From the NCBI GenBank assembly GCA_965224245.1, contig OZ245046.1, positions 6,080,001 through 6,144,000 on the forward strand: a stretch of DNA of 64,000 nt. Direction: 5' to 3'. Positions 11,114 through 20,922 of this stretch are shown here, piece by piece (the first letter of the stretch is position 1; each line of letters begins with the position of its first letter). Both the position numbers and the translations under genes were made by a program. This DNA comes from Candidatus Eiseniibacteriota bacterium. GTDB taxonomy: Bacteria; Eisenbacteria; RBG-16-71-46; CAZAMP01. The notes beneath the pieces were generated by a model that saw only the letters and a list, made by a program, of their open reading frames with translations, searched no databases and was not told the DNA's origin.

Positions 11114-12507
11114 TGCGCATCCGAGGCCGCCGCGGCGTGCGTGGTGTACACAGGGGTCTCCTCATCGCGTGCACGAACGCGCGCACGATGACGCGCACGA
11201 TGTCGCGCACGATGGCGCACACCGGGGCGTGCACGATGGCGCGCATGATCGCGCGCACGACTGCGGGCGTGACCGCGGGCGTGATCACAGGCGTGATCAC
11301 AGGCGTGATCGCAGGACCGATCGTCGGCGCGAGCGCCCCTCATGCCGATCACGTGCCCTTGCCGGACGACGTCCGCGCGATCTGGGTCGTGCGCGACGCA
11401 CTCGGAGACCCGGGGCCGGAGCGGATCGTCCGCGACGCGATCGAGGTGGGCGCCAACACGCTCTTCGTGCAGATCGTGGGGCGGGGCGACGCGTGGTTCA
11501 CGTCCTCGCACCTGCCGCGCGCCGAGATGCTGCCCCCGGAGGCAGGGGATCCCCTGGCCGAGATCCTGTCGATCGCGCATCGCGCCGGGCTCTCGGTCCA
11601 CGCGTGGATCAACGTGGCGGTGCTCTGGAGCGGCGCCGAGCCGCCGGCCTCGCCGATGCACGTCGTGAACGCGCGACCCGAGTGGGTGATGTGCCTCCCG
11701 AGCGGCTACTCGATGGTGACCGTGCCCCAGGACACGCTTCGCGCTCTGTACGTCGAGGGCCTCTTCGCCGAGCTCGCGCACGAGGGATATCGCGCGCACC
11801 TCGCCCGGGTCGTGGACGAGGTGCTCGACGGATACGACGTGGACGGGATCCATCTGGACTACGTTCGCCGTCCGGTCGTCGACGGCGGATACGATCGCGG
11901 CACGCTCGGCCGCTTCCTGGAGTCGGCCGGCGTGACGCGCGCCGAGGTGATGCCCGACTGGACGCGGGAGCTTCCGGCGCGCCGGTACCAGTGGCCGGAC
12001 TACGGGGACTCGGTCTCGGCGCCGATTCACCGGAAGTGGAACCGGTATCGGCGCGAGACGGTGACCGAGGCCGTGCGCGGCATCCGGGCGGTCGTGGACC
12101 GGCACGCGGCGTCCAGCGGCCGGGCGCTCGTCCTGTCGGCGGCGGTCATTCCCGATCCCGTGCGCGCGAGAAGGCGGTTCGCTCAGGACTGGCCCGCATG
12201 GATAGACGAGGGGCTCCTCGATGTCGCGGTGCTGATGTGCTACGCGAAGGGGACGAAGCCCGCGATCGCCCAGCTCGCGGCGGCGCGGGCCGAGGCGCCG
12301 GCGCGGCGGATCGTGGCCGGCGCGGGGGCGTGGCATCAGCCTCTCGGCGATGCCGCGCTGTCGCTGCGCCGCATGCTCGACGACGACGTGCGGGGGGTGT
12401 GTGTGTTCCCGTGGAGCGCGCTCTCGACCGACGTCCGGAAGAGCGTGCGTCTCGTGGGCCGGGCCTGGCGTCCACCATCACCCGCGCCGCCGGGATCGGA
12501 CCGCTGA
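11110..12507 (+). CDS. Glycoside hydrolase-like family 10 (GHL10/DUF187, YddW-like)
   Basis: RAIWV, NTLFVQ..RGDA, DPLAE..AHRAGLSVHAWIN, YDVDGIHLDY, QDWPAW; N-terminus has 12-bp tandem repeats, so the true start is uncertain. Confidence 0.85.
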   Translation: MMRIRGRRGVRGVHRGLLIACTNARTMTRTMSRTMAHTGACTMARMIARTTAGVTAGVITGVITGVIAGPIVGASAPHADHVPLPDDVRAIWVVRDALGDPGPERIVRDAIEVGANTLFVQIVGRGDAWFTSSHLPRAEMLPPEAGDPLAEILSIAHRAGLSVHAWINVAVLWSGAEPPASPMHVVNARPEWVMCLPSGYSMVTVPQDTLRALYVEGLFAELAHEGYRAHLARVVDEVLDGYDVDGIHLDYVRRPVVDGGYDRGTLGRFLESAGVTRAEVMPDWTRELPARRYQWPDYGDSVSAPIHRKWNRYRRETVTEAVRGIRAVVDRHAASSGRALVLSAAVIPDPVRARRRFAQDWPAWIDEGLLDVAVLMCYAKGTKPAIAQLAAARAEAPARRIVAGAGAWHQPLGDAALSLRRMLDDDVRGVCVFPWSALSTDVRKSVRLVGRAWRPPSPAPPGSDR

Positions 12508-12609
12508 CCCGACTTCGCTCCAAACAAACACGGGCATCTTCCTTCATAATCTGCTAGTCTGGAATCGCCTCCCCTCCCGGACAACCTCACCGTCCATGAG
12601 GAGGTACTC

Positions 12610-13251
12610 ATGCGAGCAGGCATCTGGCTCGTGATCGCGGCGGGAGCCGTGACCAGCGCGTGGGCCGATCCCGACCTCTCCCTCAACTTCTACTTGACGG
12701 CGCCCAGTTACGCCGGCGTATCGGATCCGGCATTCGACGCCATCAACCAGCTGGACTGCGTCGAGCTTCGCAGCGTACCGATGAGCGGCCCCGCGTTCGT
12801 GTGGGCCGTCGTCAGTCGCGTGGGGGGCTGGCCGGACGGCGTCGGCGGCATCATGTTCGGGGTCGAGTGGAGCGACGTCGCGATGGAGGGATGGTCGCTC
12901 GGCACGGGCGGATCGCTGATCGCGCTCGGTGGCTTCCCCGACAGCGGGACCGGCGCCGCGATGACCTACGAGAGGGGATGCTACGAACCCCAGGGCGAGT
13001 CGTCACGCCTCGGCTTCTTCCTGGTGTCCGACGCGTCGCACGGCGAGATGTCGTTCACCCCGGTCCCGAGTGAGGGGCGTGCCGACGTCGCGACCTGCCG
13101 GGCCGAGGTGTTCACGATCCCGGTCGAGAACCTCGGGTCGATCGTGTTCGGCGCCGAGGTCACGCCGGTCTGCGCGGTCTCGTCTCCGATCCGGGAGCGG
13201 TCGTGGTCGTCGATCAAGGCACTGTACGTCGAACGAGGAGGTGTGAGATGA
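12610..13251 (+). CDS. Secreted hypothetical protein ending SWSSIKALY
   Basis: GAGGAGG RBS, signal peptide; paralog of next gene. Confidence 0.8.
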   Translation: MRAGIWLVIAAGAVTSAWADPDLSLNFYLTAPSYAGVSDPAFDAINQLDCVELRSVPMSGPAFVWAVVSRVGGWPDGVGGIMFGVEWSDVAMEGWSLGTGGSLIALGGFPDSGTGAAMTYERGCYEPQGESSRLGFFLVSDASHGEMSFTPVPSEGRADVATCRAEVFTIPVENLGSIVFGAEVTPVCAVSSPIRERSWSSIKALYVERGGVR

Positions 13252-13919
13252 CCTCCCGCCACATCATGATGCTCGCGCTGCCGCTCGCGCTCGCGCCGCT
13301 CGACGCTCGCGCCGACTTCGACCGGCTGGCGTCGATCAACCTGTACGTGACCGAGCCGAGCTATCTCGGTGCGAACGACCCACGCTACGCGGCCATCGAC
13401 GAGGGGTCGTGCGCCGACCTGGTCAGTGAGCCCGTCGAGGGGCTCACGTACGTGTGGGTCGTGACGAGCCGCGAGGGCGGCTGGGACGACGGGGATCCGT
13501 ACGCCGATCCCGGTCTCTACCTGATCACGTTCGGAATCGAGCACTCGGGCGTCGACGTGCTCGGCTACGTGACGACGTCCGGCCTCAGCGCCAGCTTCGA
13601 CTTCGGATTCCCCGGGTCGGAGGGCGTCGGTCACATCAGCTGGGGTGGCGAGTGCTACGGCCCACCGGGGGGCGAGTCGGCGCGGGCCGGGCTCTTTCTC
13701 CTGGCCGACGGCACGTCGGGCCGGATGGCCCTCACGCCGGCCTCGGCGGGCCACAATCTCACCGGATGGCTCTCCTGCGGACTGACGCTCCACGAGATCC
13801 ACGAGGAGAACCTCGGCTCGATCATCCTGGGGCAGACCGCCGAGCCGGTCTGCGCGGATCTGTTGCCGGTGAAGGAGACGTCGTGGTCGGCCATACGAGG
13901 GCTGTATCGGTCGTACTGA
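13248..13919 (+). CDS. Secreted hypothetical protein ending SWSAIRGLY (paralog of previous)
   Basis: ATGA overlap; shared PSY.G..DP, GES.R.G.FL, ENLGSI motifs. Confidence 0.8.
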   Translation: MTSRHIMMLALPLALAPLDARADFDRLASINLYVTEPSYLGANDPRYAAIDEGSCADLVSEPVEGLTYVWVVTSREGGWDDGDPYADPGLYLITFGIEHSGVDVLGYVTTSGLSASFDFGFPGSEGVGHISWGGECYGPPGGESARAGLFLLADGTSGRMALTPASAGHNLTGWLSCGLTLHEIHEENLGSIILGQTAEPVCADLLPVKETSWSAIRGLYRSY

Positions 13920-14056
13920 TCGGAGTCGAACCCCGCCGGTCACGACCGTGAACGTCCCGAGCGCGAGCCCCTGCGCTCGGGACGTCGTCGGCTCAACCGG
14001 TCACCACGAGGTCATCGCCTCGCGCCACGCCTCGATCGCGGCTCGCTCCATCCGGT

Positions 14057-15826
14057 CTATCGCAGAACCGTCAGCCGCTCGGCGCGACGCGTGCCCGAGG
14101 ATTCCACGACGATCCAGTAGGCCCCCGGCGCGACGGTGCGACCGGCCAGGTCGCGGTGATCCCAGACGATCGTGTGCGCGCCGGCCCCCAGCTCGGCGTC
14201 GGCGAGCTCGCGCACGCGCCGGCCCGACGCGTCGATCACGGTCACCTCGACCCGGGCCGGTATCCCCAGCGTGAGTGCGACGTCGGTCGCGCCCGAGCGG
14301 GACGGATTGGCGCCGAGGCTCAGCTGCACGACCGGGCTCGGATCGCCGCCGGACCCCACGGCCAGTCCGGCCACGGGGACCTCGACCTCGAGCACGACCT
14401 CGACGATCACGGTGCCCGCCGCGCGCGTCGATCCCCGCGGCGCGGCGTCTGCCGACACCCGGGTATCGGCCCACACCGGCGGCGTGCCGGTCTCGATCCC
14501 GGCCGCCTCGCCCGTGGCGGCGGGCTGGTCCGACGGTGGCACCGGCCGCGCCAGCGCGACGGGGACCTCGACGTCGGCGGTGACGTAGCAGTACGCGGTC
14601 TCGAAGCTCAGGCGATCGGTCATCGTCAGGCTGGAGATGCCGGTGAAGTTGTCGAGGCGCGTGCCCGCGTCGACGGCGCCGTCGCCGTCGAAGTCGATCT
14701 CGTCGCCCTCGGTCACGTAGACGTGGCCGTTGACGATCAGCGCCTCCAGCGAGCCGCCGCCGCCGTCCTCGATGTCCCAGATCAGCGCGACGTCCCCGTC
14801 CTCGTTCATGTAGCCGCCCTCGATCGCGCCGGTGAGGACGTCACCGTCGAGCGTGGCGTCGCCCTCGCGGAGGAGGATGCCGCCGTCCACGACGACGAAC
14901 TCGTCCATGCTCACGTCGGCGTCGCTGTCGCCGGAGAAGAAGAAGTGGCCGTCCTCGGTGATGCCGACGAAGTCGAAGTTGTCCCAGCTCTCACCGACCA
15001 GCCCGCCGATCTCGGCCGGGATGGGGAGCCCCTCGCCGACCAGCGTGACGAGCTCGAGCCCGACGCCGTTCATGACCATGTAGGCGTTGCCGCCGGCGGT
15101 GACCTCGGTCAGGTAGTTGGTGCCGCTCGCCGAGAAGCGGTAGTCGAAGCTGACCGGTCCCGCCGGGTCGAGCGGGGCCGGGATCAGGGGCACCATGTCG
15201 CCGCCGACCAGGACCGGCGTGGCCGCGTCTCCGACGTAGAGACCGCGGTTCTGCGTGGGGCCGGTGGGCGAGGTGGAGAATCCGCCGACGAACGTGAGCG
15301 TCCCGTCGGCGAACGACCCCGGCCGGCTCCCGAAGATCCAGAAGTTGCCGGCCTCGTTGGGATAGGGCTGCCCTTCGACGGCGATCGGCGTGCCGCCGCG
15401 CCACGCGCTGTCGAGCCCGGAGGTGCCGGTGTCGGTGTCGGTGCAGATGGCGCTGTAGCACGCGTCGTTCACGGCCGTCGAGTAGCCGAAGAAGCCCTCG
15501 TAGGAGGTCTGCTCGAGCGTGCCGATGGTGCTCTCGGTGCGCACGATGCCCGACGGGTCGGGACCGTCGCCGTCGGGGTCGCCCCAGACGTGGTGGAGCG
15601 AGGTGAGGCCGTCGGAGGTCAGGAGGAGCGCGGCGTAGCCCCGCTGGTGGTTCACCGCGGTGTTGCTGATGCCGGTGATGATCTGACCGGGATCCGCGCC
15701 GGCGAGCTGCTCGCCTTCCCGGAGGATGGCGCGGCCGACGTACTGGGCGCTCGCGACGGTGGGGATCGACGCGATCAGGGCGGTGAGGCCCATCACGGTG
15801 ACGATCGAGGCGATGACGTTCCGCAT
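14057..15826 (-). CDS. Secreted protein with FlgD/T9SS-like CTD
   Basis: GGAGG RBS, signal peptide, C-term IDASGRRV...WDHRD...GAYW. Confidence 0.8.
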   Translation of the reverse strand: MRNVIASIVTVMGLTALIASIPTVASAQYVGRAILREGEQLAGADPGQIITGISNTAVNHQRGYAALLLTSDGLTSLHHVWGDPDGDGPDPSGIVRTESTIGTLEQTSYEGFFGYSTAVNDACYSAICTDTDTGTSGLDSAWRGGTPIAVEGQPYPNEAGNFWIFGSRPGSFADGTLTFVGGFSTSPTGPTQNRGLYVGDAATPVLVGGDMVPLIPAPLDPAGPVSFDYRFSASGTNYLTEVTAGGNAYMVMNGVGLELVTLVGEGLPIPAEIGGLVGESWDNFDFVGITEDGHFFFSGDSDADVSMDEFVVVDGGILLREGDATLDGDVLTGAIEGGYMNEDGDVALIWDIEDGGGGSLEALIVNGHVYVTEGDEIDFDGDGAVDAGTRLDNFTGISSLTMTDRLSFETAYCYVTADVEVPVALARPVPPSDQPAATGEAAGIETGTPPVWADTRVSADAAPRGSTRAAGTVIVEVVLEVEVPVAGLAVGSGGDPSPVVQLSLGANPSRSGATDVALTLGIPARVEVTVIDASGRRVRELADAELGAGAHTIVWDHRDLAGRTVAPGAYWIVVESSGTRRAERLTVLR

Positions 15827-16017
15827 GGGATGCCTCCAGGCTGGCGAATGTCGACGCGACGGGTGATGGGCTCGTCGCGAAACGGGACACGAGAGAATCG
15901 GACACGACGGACGTCGACTGCCGGACCGGACGGCCGGGTTTCGGGCCCTTTCGGGGGGCGCTCAAAGGGCGTGCCGAGGCCGGCTTTACGCGGTTTCGGA
16001 GGGGGTGGAGATTGGTG

Positions 16018-16047
16018 TTGACCGCGGAGCCGCGGCCGTCCTAATCT
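16018..16047 (+). promoter_or_regulatory. Putative tRNA promoter
   Basis: TTGACC-N18-TAATCT ~25 nt upstream of tRNA. Confidence 0.45.
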
Positions 16048-16071
16048 CTTCGCCCGCAATGAGATTTGAGT

Positions 16072-16146
16072 TCCTCGGTAGCTCAATGGTAGAGCAAGCG
16101 GCTGTTAACCGCTAGGTTGTAGGTTCGAGTCCTACCCGGGGAGCCA
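16072..16146 (+). tRNA. tRNA-Asn (GTT)
   Basis: Cloverleaf: TCCTCGG/CCGGGGA acceptor, GCTC/GAGC D stem, AGCGG-CTGTTAA-CCGCT anticodon arm, GTAGG-TTCGAGT-CCTAC T arm, encoded CCA. Confidence 0.97.
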
Positions 16147-16177
16147 CGCTCTGGGGGCGTCTACGGGCGCCCCTTCT
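16138..16177 (+). repeat. attL-type 40-bp direct repeat (tRNA 3' end + hairpin)
   Basis: GGGGAGCCACGCTCTGGGGGCGTCTACGGGCGCCCCTTCT, identical to 47071-47110. Confidence 0.93.
16154..16177 (+). terminator. Hairpin / probable tRNA terminator
   Basis: GGGGCGTC-TACG-GGCGCCCC followed by TTCT; weak U-tract. Confidence 0.5.
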
Positions 16178-16593
16178 CGTTCACGCCCGGTTTGCCCTTC
16201 TCGTCGACCCTTCGGCCGTATATCGCGTTGGGGCGCAACGTTCTCCGGCGATTTGAAGCGCTCGAATTCTCAGCATTCTCGGCCGCTGATTGCGCCCGCG
16301 ACCGGGTTCGCAAGGCGTCCGACGTGGGCACCATGTCTCAGCATCCGCAAACCCATGGCCTGGTGGTTAACCGCCCTGGGCTCCGTTGGTCGCTCGCGGC
16401 GTCGTTCTCAGCTCCAGTTCTGTTGACACCTCCGGCCAGGCGTCACTTGAAGCGAGGCCCTCGGCATTCGGGTTTCCACGACTCCCTGCCGCGTGCCGAA
16501 TTGAACTAAACTCCTCGTCTATCGAGATCGTGAGCATTATGGATCGCCTCGCAGGCGTTCCAGGGACCGCGACTCAGCGACAGGGGCCCCTCG

Positions 16594-19422
16594 ATGCAGC
16601 GCCTCGTGTGCACAGCGCTCGCCCTGGTTCTCCTCCCGCAGACTGCCCTCGCCTCCGACGACGACATCCACTGGTTCGACGGCTTCGCGCCACCGCCCGC
16701 GGGCGAAGGACTCAACGACAAGGTGCTCGCGATGACCGAGTACGACGGTCAGCTCGTCGTGGGCGGTGACTTCACGATGGCGGGCGATCTCGCGGTGAAC
16801 TACCTGGCACAGTGGACCGGCGACGACTGGCTCGCGCTGGGCTCTGGCCCCGATGGTGTCGTCTCCGCCCTCGGCACGTGGAACGGCCAGCTCGTGATCG
16901 GCGGTGCGTTCACGTCGGCCGGCGGCGTGCCCGCGAGCAAGGTGGCCGTCTGGGATGGTGCGACATGGTCCGCGCTCGGTCTCGGGGTTGATGCGACGGT
17001 GAAAGCCATCGTCGAGTTCGAGGGCGACCTGGTCGTCGGCGGGCACTTCCTGAATGCGGGTGGCGCTCCAGCGAGCTACATCGCGCGGTGGGACGGTGTG
17101 GCCTGGAGCGAGATCGGCGGCGGGATGGACTCGCGGGTCGAGGTGCTCGCGGTCTACGACGGCGATCTCATCGCGGGCGGGCTATTCGACAACGCTGGCG
17201 GAACGCTCGTCAATCACGTCGCGCGATGGGACGGCGTCGCGTGGCAATCGATGGCGGGTGGAATGTCGGCGCGCGTGCGGGCTCTCACTGTATGGGAAGG
17301 TTCGCTGGCGGTCGGCGGCGATTTCGAGACGGCAGGTGGTGTCGCGGCGTTGCGGGTCGCGCTCTGGGACGGTGCCACGTGGTCGTCGCTCGGAGGTGGA
17401 GCAGACGATGAGGTGTTCGCGCTGGCGAGTTACAACGGGTACCTGGTCGCGGGTGGGGCCTTCCTAGACGTTGACGGCGTCTCCGCGAGCCGAGTGGCAG
17501 CCTGGAACGCGTCAGAGTGGCTCTCAATGACCACGGGCGCGGATGACGATGTCCTGTCACTGACGCGCACCAGCGGCGATCTCTATCTCGGTGGCCGTTT
17601 CGGCGTCGCAGGCAGTGCATCATCAGCATTCATCGCTCGGTGGGGCGATGCGTCGGACAAGAACCACTGGCTACCCGCCGAGTTCGCCACGTTGCAGGCC
17701 GCCATAGACTTCGCTGCGGACTACGACGACAGATTGTTGCGCGACACGCTTCGCGTTTGCGCAGGTGAGTATGGCGACGGCGCGGTAACTGACAAGGTGG
17801 TCCAGATCATTGGAAGCGGAACCGAGGTGACGTCGCTAGGCATTCTCACCTTCGTCGACAGCCGGCTCGCTGTCACGGGGAAGCGTGCCGGCAATGAGAC
17901 TCAGAACGGCGGGCACCTTGAGAGAGTCACGCTGGACGAGCTGGTGGGCGATGTGTGGAGCCTCCGAGTGGACTCCGTCGCAGTCCAAATCGTCAGCCTC
18001 GACTGCATTGACGCATACATCCATATAGGCCGGTCTGAGATTGGTTTTTGTGAGCTGAATAACTGGATCTGCCCTGATGGATACCTGACGGTTGACGAAT
18101 CTGACCTCGGCGATCTGTATCTCGATTCCTGTGGGTCGGCAACGGTCTCAAACAGCAGCGCACAAGACCTGTATGTCTATGGGGAATCGAACGCCGAGGT
18201 GAGCCGCTGCACCGCCGGACGTGCAACCGTCCGTGGATGGGCTGCGTCCGTGGGCGCCTCGACACTCGGAACTGCGGAAGTGTCTTGCCGACCGGACGGT
18301 GCAGCTAGCATTGGCGCATGCACAGTCTTCGGAGACGTAACTCTGGATGGGGATGGAGACAACACCCAAATTGACTTTGTCGCCGCTGGGGGAAACCTCA
18401 TTCTCGGGTCGCTGACGGTGGGCGGTGCCGACGAAACGTACATCGAGGGCAACACCATTGTAACGCCAATCTCCCGGCCCTACGCGGCTCGCCTGGCCGT
18501 CTCGGACTCGCCCTTCAACCGGATGACGGAGAACGTCCTGGTCGGTGGGCGAGTCGGCCTCCAAGTGACGACTGGGTCTGTGGCTCCCGAGTGCAACAAC
18601 GTATTCGGTGCGGTGGACGAGCCGTACGGCGGTCTACCTGATCTGACCGGCGTGGATGGCAACATCTCCGTAGATCCACAGTTCTGCGATGCCATCGGGG
18701 ATGACTACACGCTGGCAGAGACCTCACCATGCCTCCCCGGCAACCACCCCGACGGCTACGACTGCGGCTTGATCGGTGCCCTCGGCCAGGGGTGCGGCCC
18801 GGCCCTCGCCAATCTCGCCCCGGCGGGCTTCGTCTGCCTCCCCGACTCAGCGGCGGCCTGGGCCGATGATCCGGACAGCCTCCGGATCGGTGCCATCGTC
18901 ATCAACGACGGCAACCTCACCTCCGGCACCTTCGACGTCCGCATCGAGATCGAGGGTTGTGTCGGGTTCTGGGGCGACACGCAGATGATCGGACCGCTGA
19001 GTCCGGGTGAGGTCGATACGGTGTTCGCTGGGCCGTTCGCCGTGGAGCCCTACCAGTGCACGGTGTCGGTCTTCGTCGACTACAACGACGACGAGACCGA
19101 GTCGTCGGAGCTGGACAACGACGTCGTGGATGCGTCGGTGTGTACCGTGGTCGGCGTACCAGTAGCGCCCGAGGAGGTGACGCTGCGTGTCTGGCCGTCT
19201 CCCGCGCGGAGCATGCTGTTCATTCGAGGTGTTCCCCGGGGAGATCGAGTCAGAGTCTACGATATCGCGGGTCGTCTCATCCGCATCCTGCCGACCACTG
19301 GCGGGGGCGCGCGCTGGAACTTGCGCACCGAGAGCAGGCAGAACGTCCCAAACGGGGTCTACTTCGTCAGTGTGGATCACGCCGGGTCAAGCGACGTGAG
19401 GCGCATAGTCGTTCGTCACTAA
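16594..19422 (+). CDS. Large secreted protein: beta-propeller repeats + beta-helix + CARDB-like + CTD
   Basis: GG.F..AGG....VA.WDG..WS.LG repeats, NISVDPQFC...LIGALGQGC, VFVDY...ESSELDN, YDIAGRLI...GVYFV. Confidence 0.8.
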   Translation: MQRLVCTALALVLLPQTALASDDDIHWFDGFAPPPAGEGLNDKVLAMTEYDGQLVVGGDFTMAGDLAVNYLAQWTGDDWLALGSGPDGVVSALGTWNGQLVIGGAFTSAGGVPASKVAVWDGATWSALGLGVDATVKAIVEFEGDLVVGGHFLNAGGAPASYIARWDGVAWSEIGGGMDSRVEVLAVYDGDLIAGGLFDNAGGTLVNHVARWDGVAWQSMAGGMSARVRALTVWEGSLAVGGDFETAGGVAALRVALWDGATWSSLGGGADDEVFALASYNGYLVAGGAFLDVDGVSASRVAAWNASEWLSMTTGADDDVLSLTRTSGDLYLGGRFGVAGSASSAFIARWGDASDKNHWLPAEFATLQAAIDFAADYDDRLLRDTLRVCAGEYGDGAVTDKVVQIIGSGTEVTSLGILTFVDSRLAVTGKRAGNETQNGGHLERVTLDELVGDVWSLRVDSVAVQIVSLDCIDAYIHIGRSEIGFCELNNWICPDGYLTVDESDLGDLYLDSCGSATVSNSSAQDLYVYGESNAEVSRCTAGRATVRGWAASVGASTLGTAEVSCRPDGAASIGACTVFGDVTLDGDGDNTQIDFVAAGGNLILGSLTVGGADETYIEGNTIVTPISRPYAARLAVSDSPFNRMTENVLVGGRVGLQVTTGSVAPECNNVFGAVDEPYGGLPDLTGVDGNISVDPQFCDAIGDDYTLAETSPCLPGNHPDGYDCGLIGALGQGCGPALANLAPAGFVCLPDSAAAWADDPDSLRIGAIVINDGNLTSGTFDVRIEIEGCVGFWGDTQMIGPLSPGEVDTVFAGPFAVEPYQCTVSVFVDYNDDETESSELDNDVVDASVCTVVGVPVAPEEVTLRVWPSPARSMLFIRGVPRGDRVRVYDIAGRLIRILPTTGGGARWNLRTESRQNVPNGVYFVSVDHAGSSDVRRIVVRH

Positions 19423-19506
19423 GACGCGTGAGCAATGGTAGACAAACCACAGTAGGAAGGTGGCTCGGGAGTGAAAGCAGGCGCTGTTCTGCCACGAGCG
19501 GAGTCG

Positions 19507-20154
19507 ATGACGAGAGCGATCGTTCTGCTGTGCATCGTCGGGTGCGTTGTTGGATGCACGCCGCCACCCAAGCCGCCCGATCTGACGAGGTATCCGACTA
19601 CGGCGGGAAGTGCGACACGGCTGCCTACTCCGGGGGAGCGTGTCCTCGTTTGGGGCGGCCATCCGGCTGCCAGAGCGATGGCCGCGGATTGGATGTATGG
19701 CCAGAACATCAGACTCGCCGACGTCTCAATCGTGTCGGGGTCCGAGGAAGATGAACCGGAGAGGGAGTCCGATGCGCTCTCCACTGCTCGAGATGAGCGC
19801 ATCCCATACATTCTGTTCGTGGAGACGCCGGTGTCGCAGGAGGGCTACTCCTGGTCAACGGGTCGGGGCACTGTGCTTGGTTCAATTGGCGGCGTGTCCA
19901 CGAGCACCGGGGCGGGCACTGCGTTCTCGGCCAGTGTCATCGTTCGATGCGTAGAGGTCTCCAGCGGAGACCTTCTGGCGATCGGGTCCGCCCACTACTC
20001 GGAGCCGAGCCGCAGCTCACAAATCGCGTTGGATGATGTTCTGACGAAGCTTACATGCCAAGCACTCGCCACGGCCTGGGGGTTCCGCCTGGGAGGTACC
20101 CGCGCGATTTCGTCGACTGACATGTGTGAGGGAAAACGGGTTCTCGGGCCATGA
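19507..20154 (+). CDS. Putative lipoprotein
   Basis: MTRAIVLLCIVGCVVGC lipobox-like N-terminus. Confidence 0.6.
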   Translation: MTRAIVLLCIVGCVVGCTPPPKPPDLTRYPTTAGSATRLPTPGERVLVWGGHPAARAMAADWMYGQNIRLADVSIVSGSEEDEPERESDALSTARDERIPYILFVETPVSQEGYSWSTGRGTVLGSIGGVSTSTGAGTAFSASVIVRCVEVSSGDLLAIGSAHYSEPSRSSQIALDDVLTKLTCQALATAWGFRLGGTRAISSTDMCEGKRVLGP

Positions 20155-20308
20155 AGGTTGTAGGGTCCGTTTCGTCGACCGGATGACGTGTCAAGGAGCA
20201 AGGTGCGCCGTTGTCGTTGGTGAGGATGCGACTGTTCCCAACAAGGATATGCTACGCCAGAAACATCGCGCGAATAGGTCGCCTGCACAGTTGGAAGGAG
20301 AAGACACC

Positions 20309-20839
20309 GTGGACACGAGACGCTCCCTAGTGTGGCTGTATTCCGGCCTGGCCGGACTGGTAATCGCAACGCCAGCAATCGCTCAATGGACGAACTCGAC
20401 CTCGAAGGACGAAATGACCGGCGAGAGAAGCTGCTACGTGCACTCCAAGTCCACGCGCCCCACCGAGAAGATGGGCTTTCCCTACGGAGATACTACTGCA
20501 TGGATGGGGATCGGATCGGACGGAGAGAGTGAGTGGGTCTACGTCAGGTTCAGCGACAGTCCGAACCTGCTCGACACATCAATTGAGGACGGGTACAACC
20601 TCATAGAGACCCGGATCAAGTGGGATGACAAGGTGGAAGATGTGACGTTCGTGCAAGAGTGGGGAGCAGAGGCGCTGCACTTTCGCGACGATGCCTCGGC
20701 TATAGCGAGAATCATGAAGTCGAATTCTGTGCTGCTCGAACTGAACTGGTACGGCGAGGGCAAGGTGTACTTTCGTTTCTCCCTGCAAGGGTCCTCAGCC
20801 GGAATAGCCAAGATGCGTCGCGACTGTGGCGGGTCGTAG
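20309..20839 (+). CDS. Secreted hypothetical protein
   Basis: AAGGAG RBS + GTG, signal peptide, W..STSKDEMTG. Confidence 0.65.
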   Translation: MDTRRSLVWLYSGLAGLVIATPAIAQWTNSTSKDEMTGERSCYVHSKSTRPTEKMGFPYGDTTAWMGIGSDGESEWVYVRFSDSPNLLDTSIEDGYNLIETRIKWDDKVEDVTFVQEWGAEALHFRDDASAIARIMKSNSVLLELNWYGEGKVYFRFSLQGSSAGIAKMRRDCGGS

Positions 20840-20922
20840 TCATGACTCCACCAGCGTACCGGTTTTGGGGCAATCCGAGCTCGAGAGCAGAATGGGGCTA
20901 TCAACGCCGAAGGTGACGAGGC

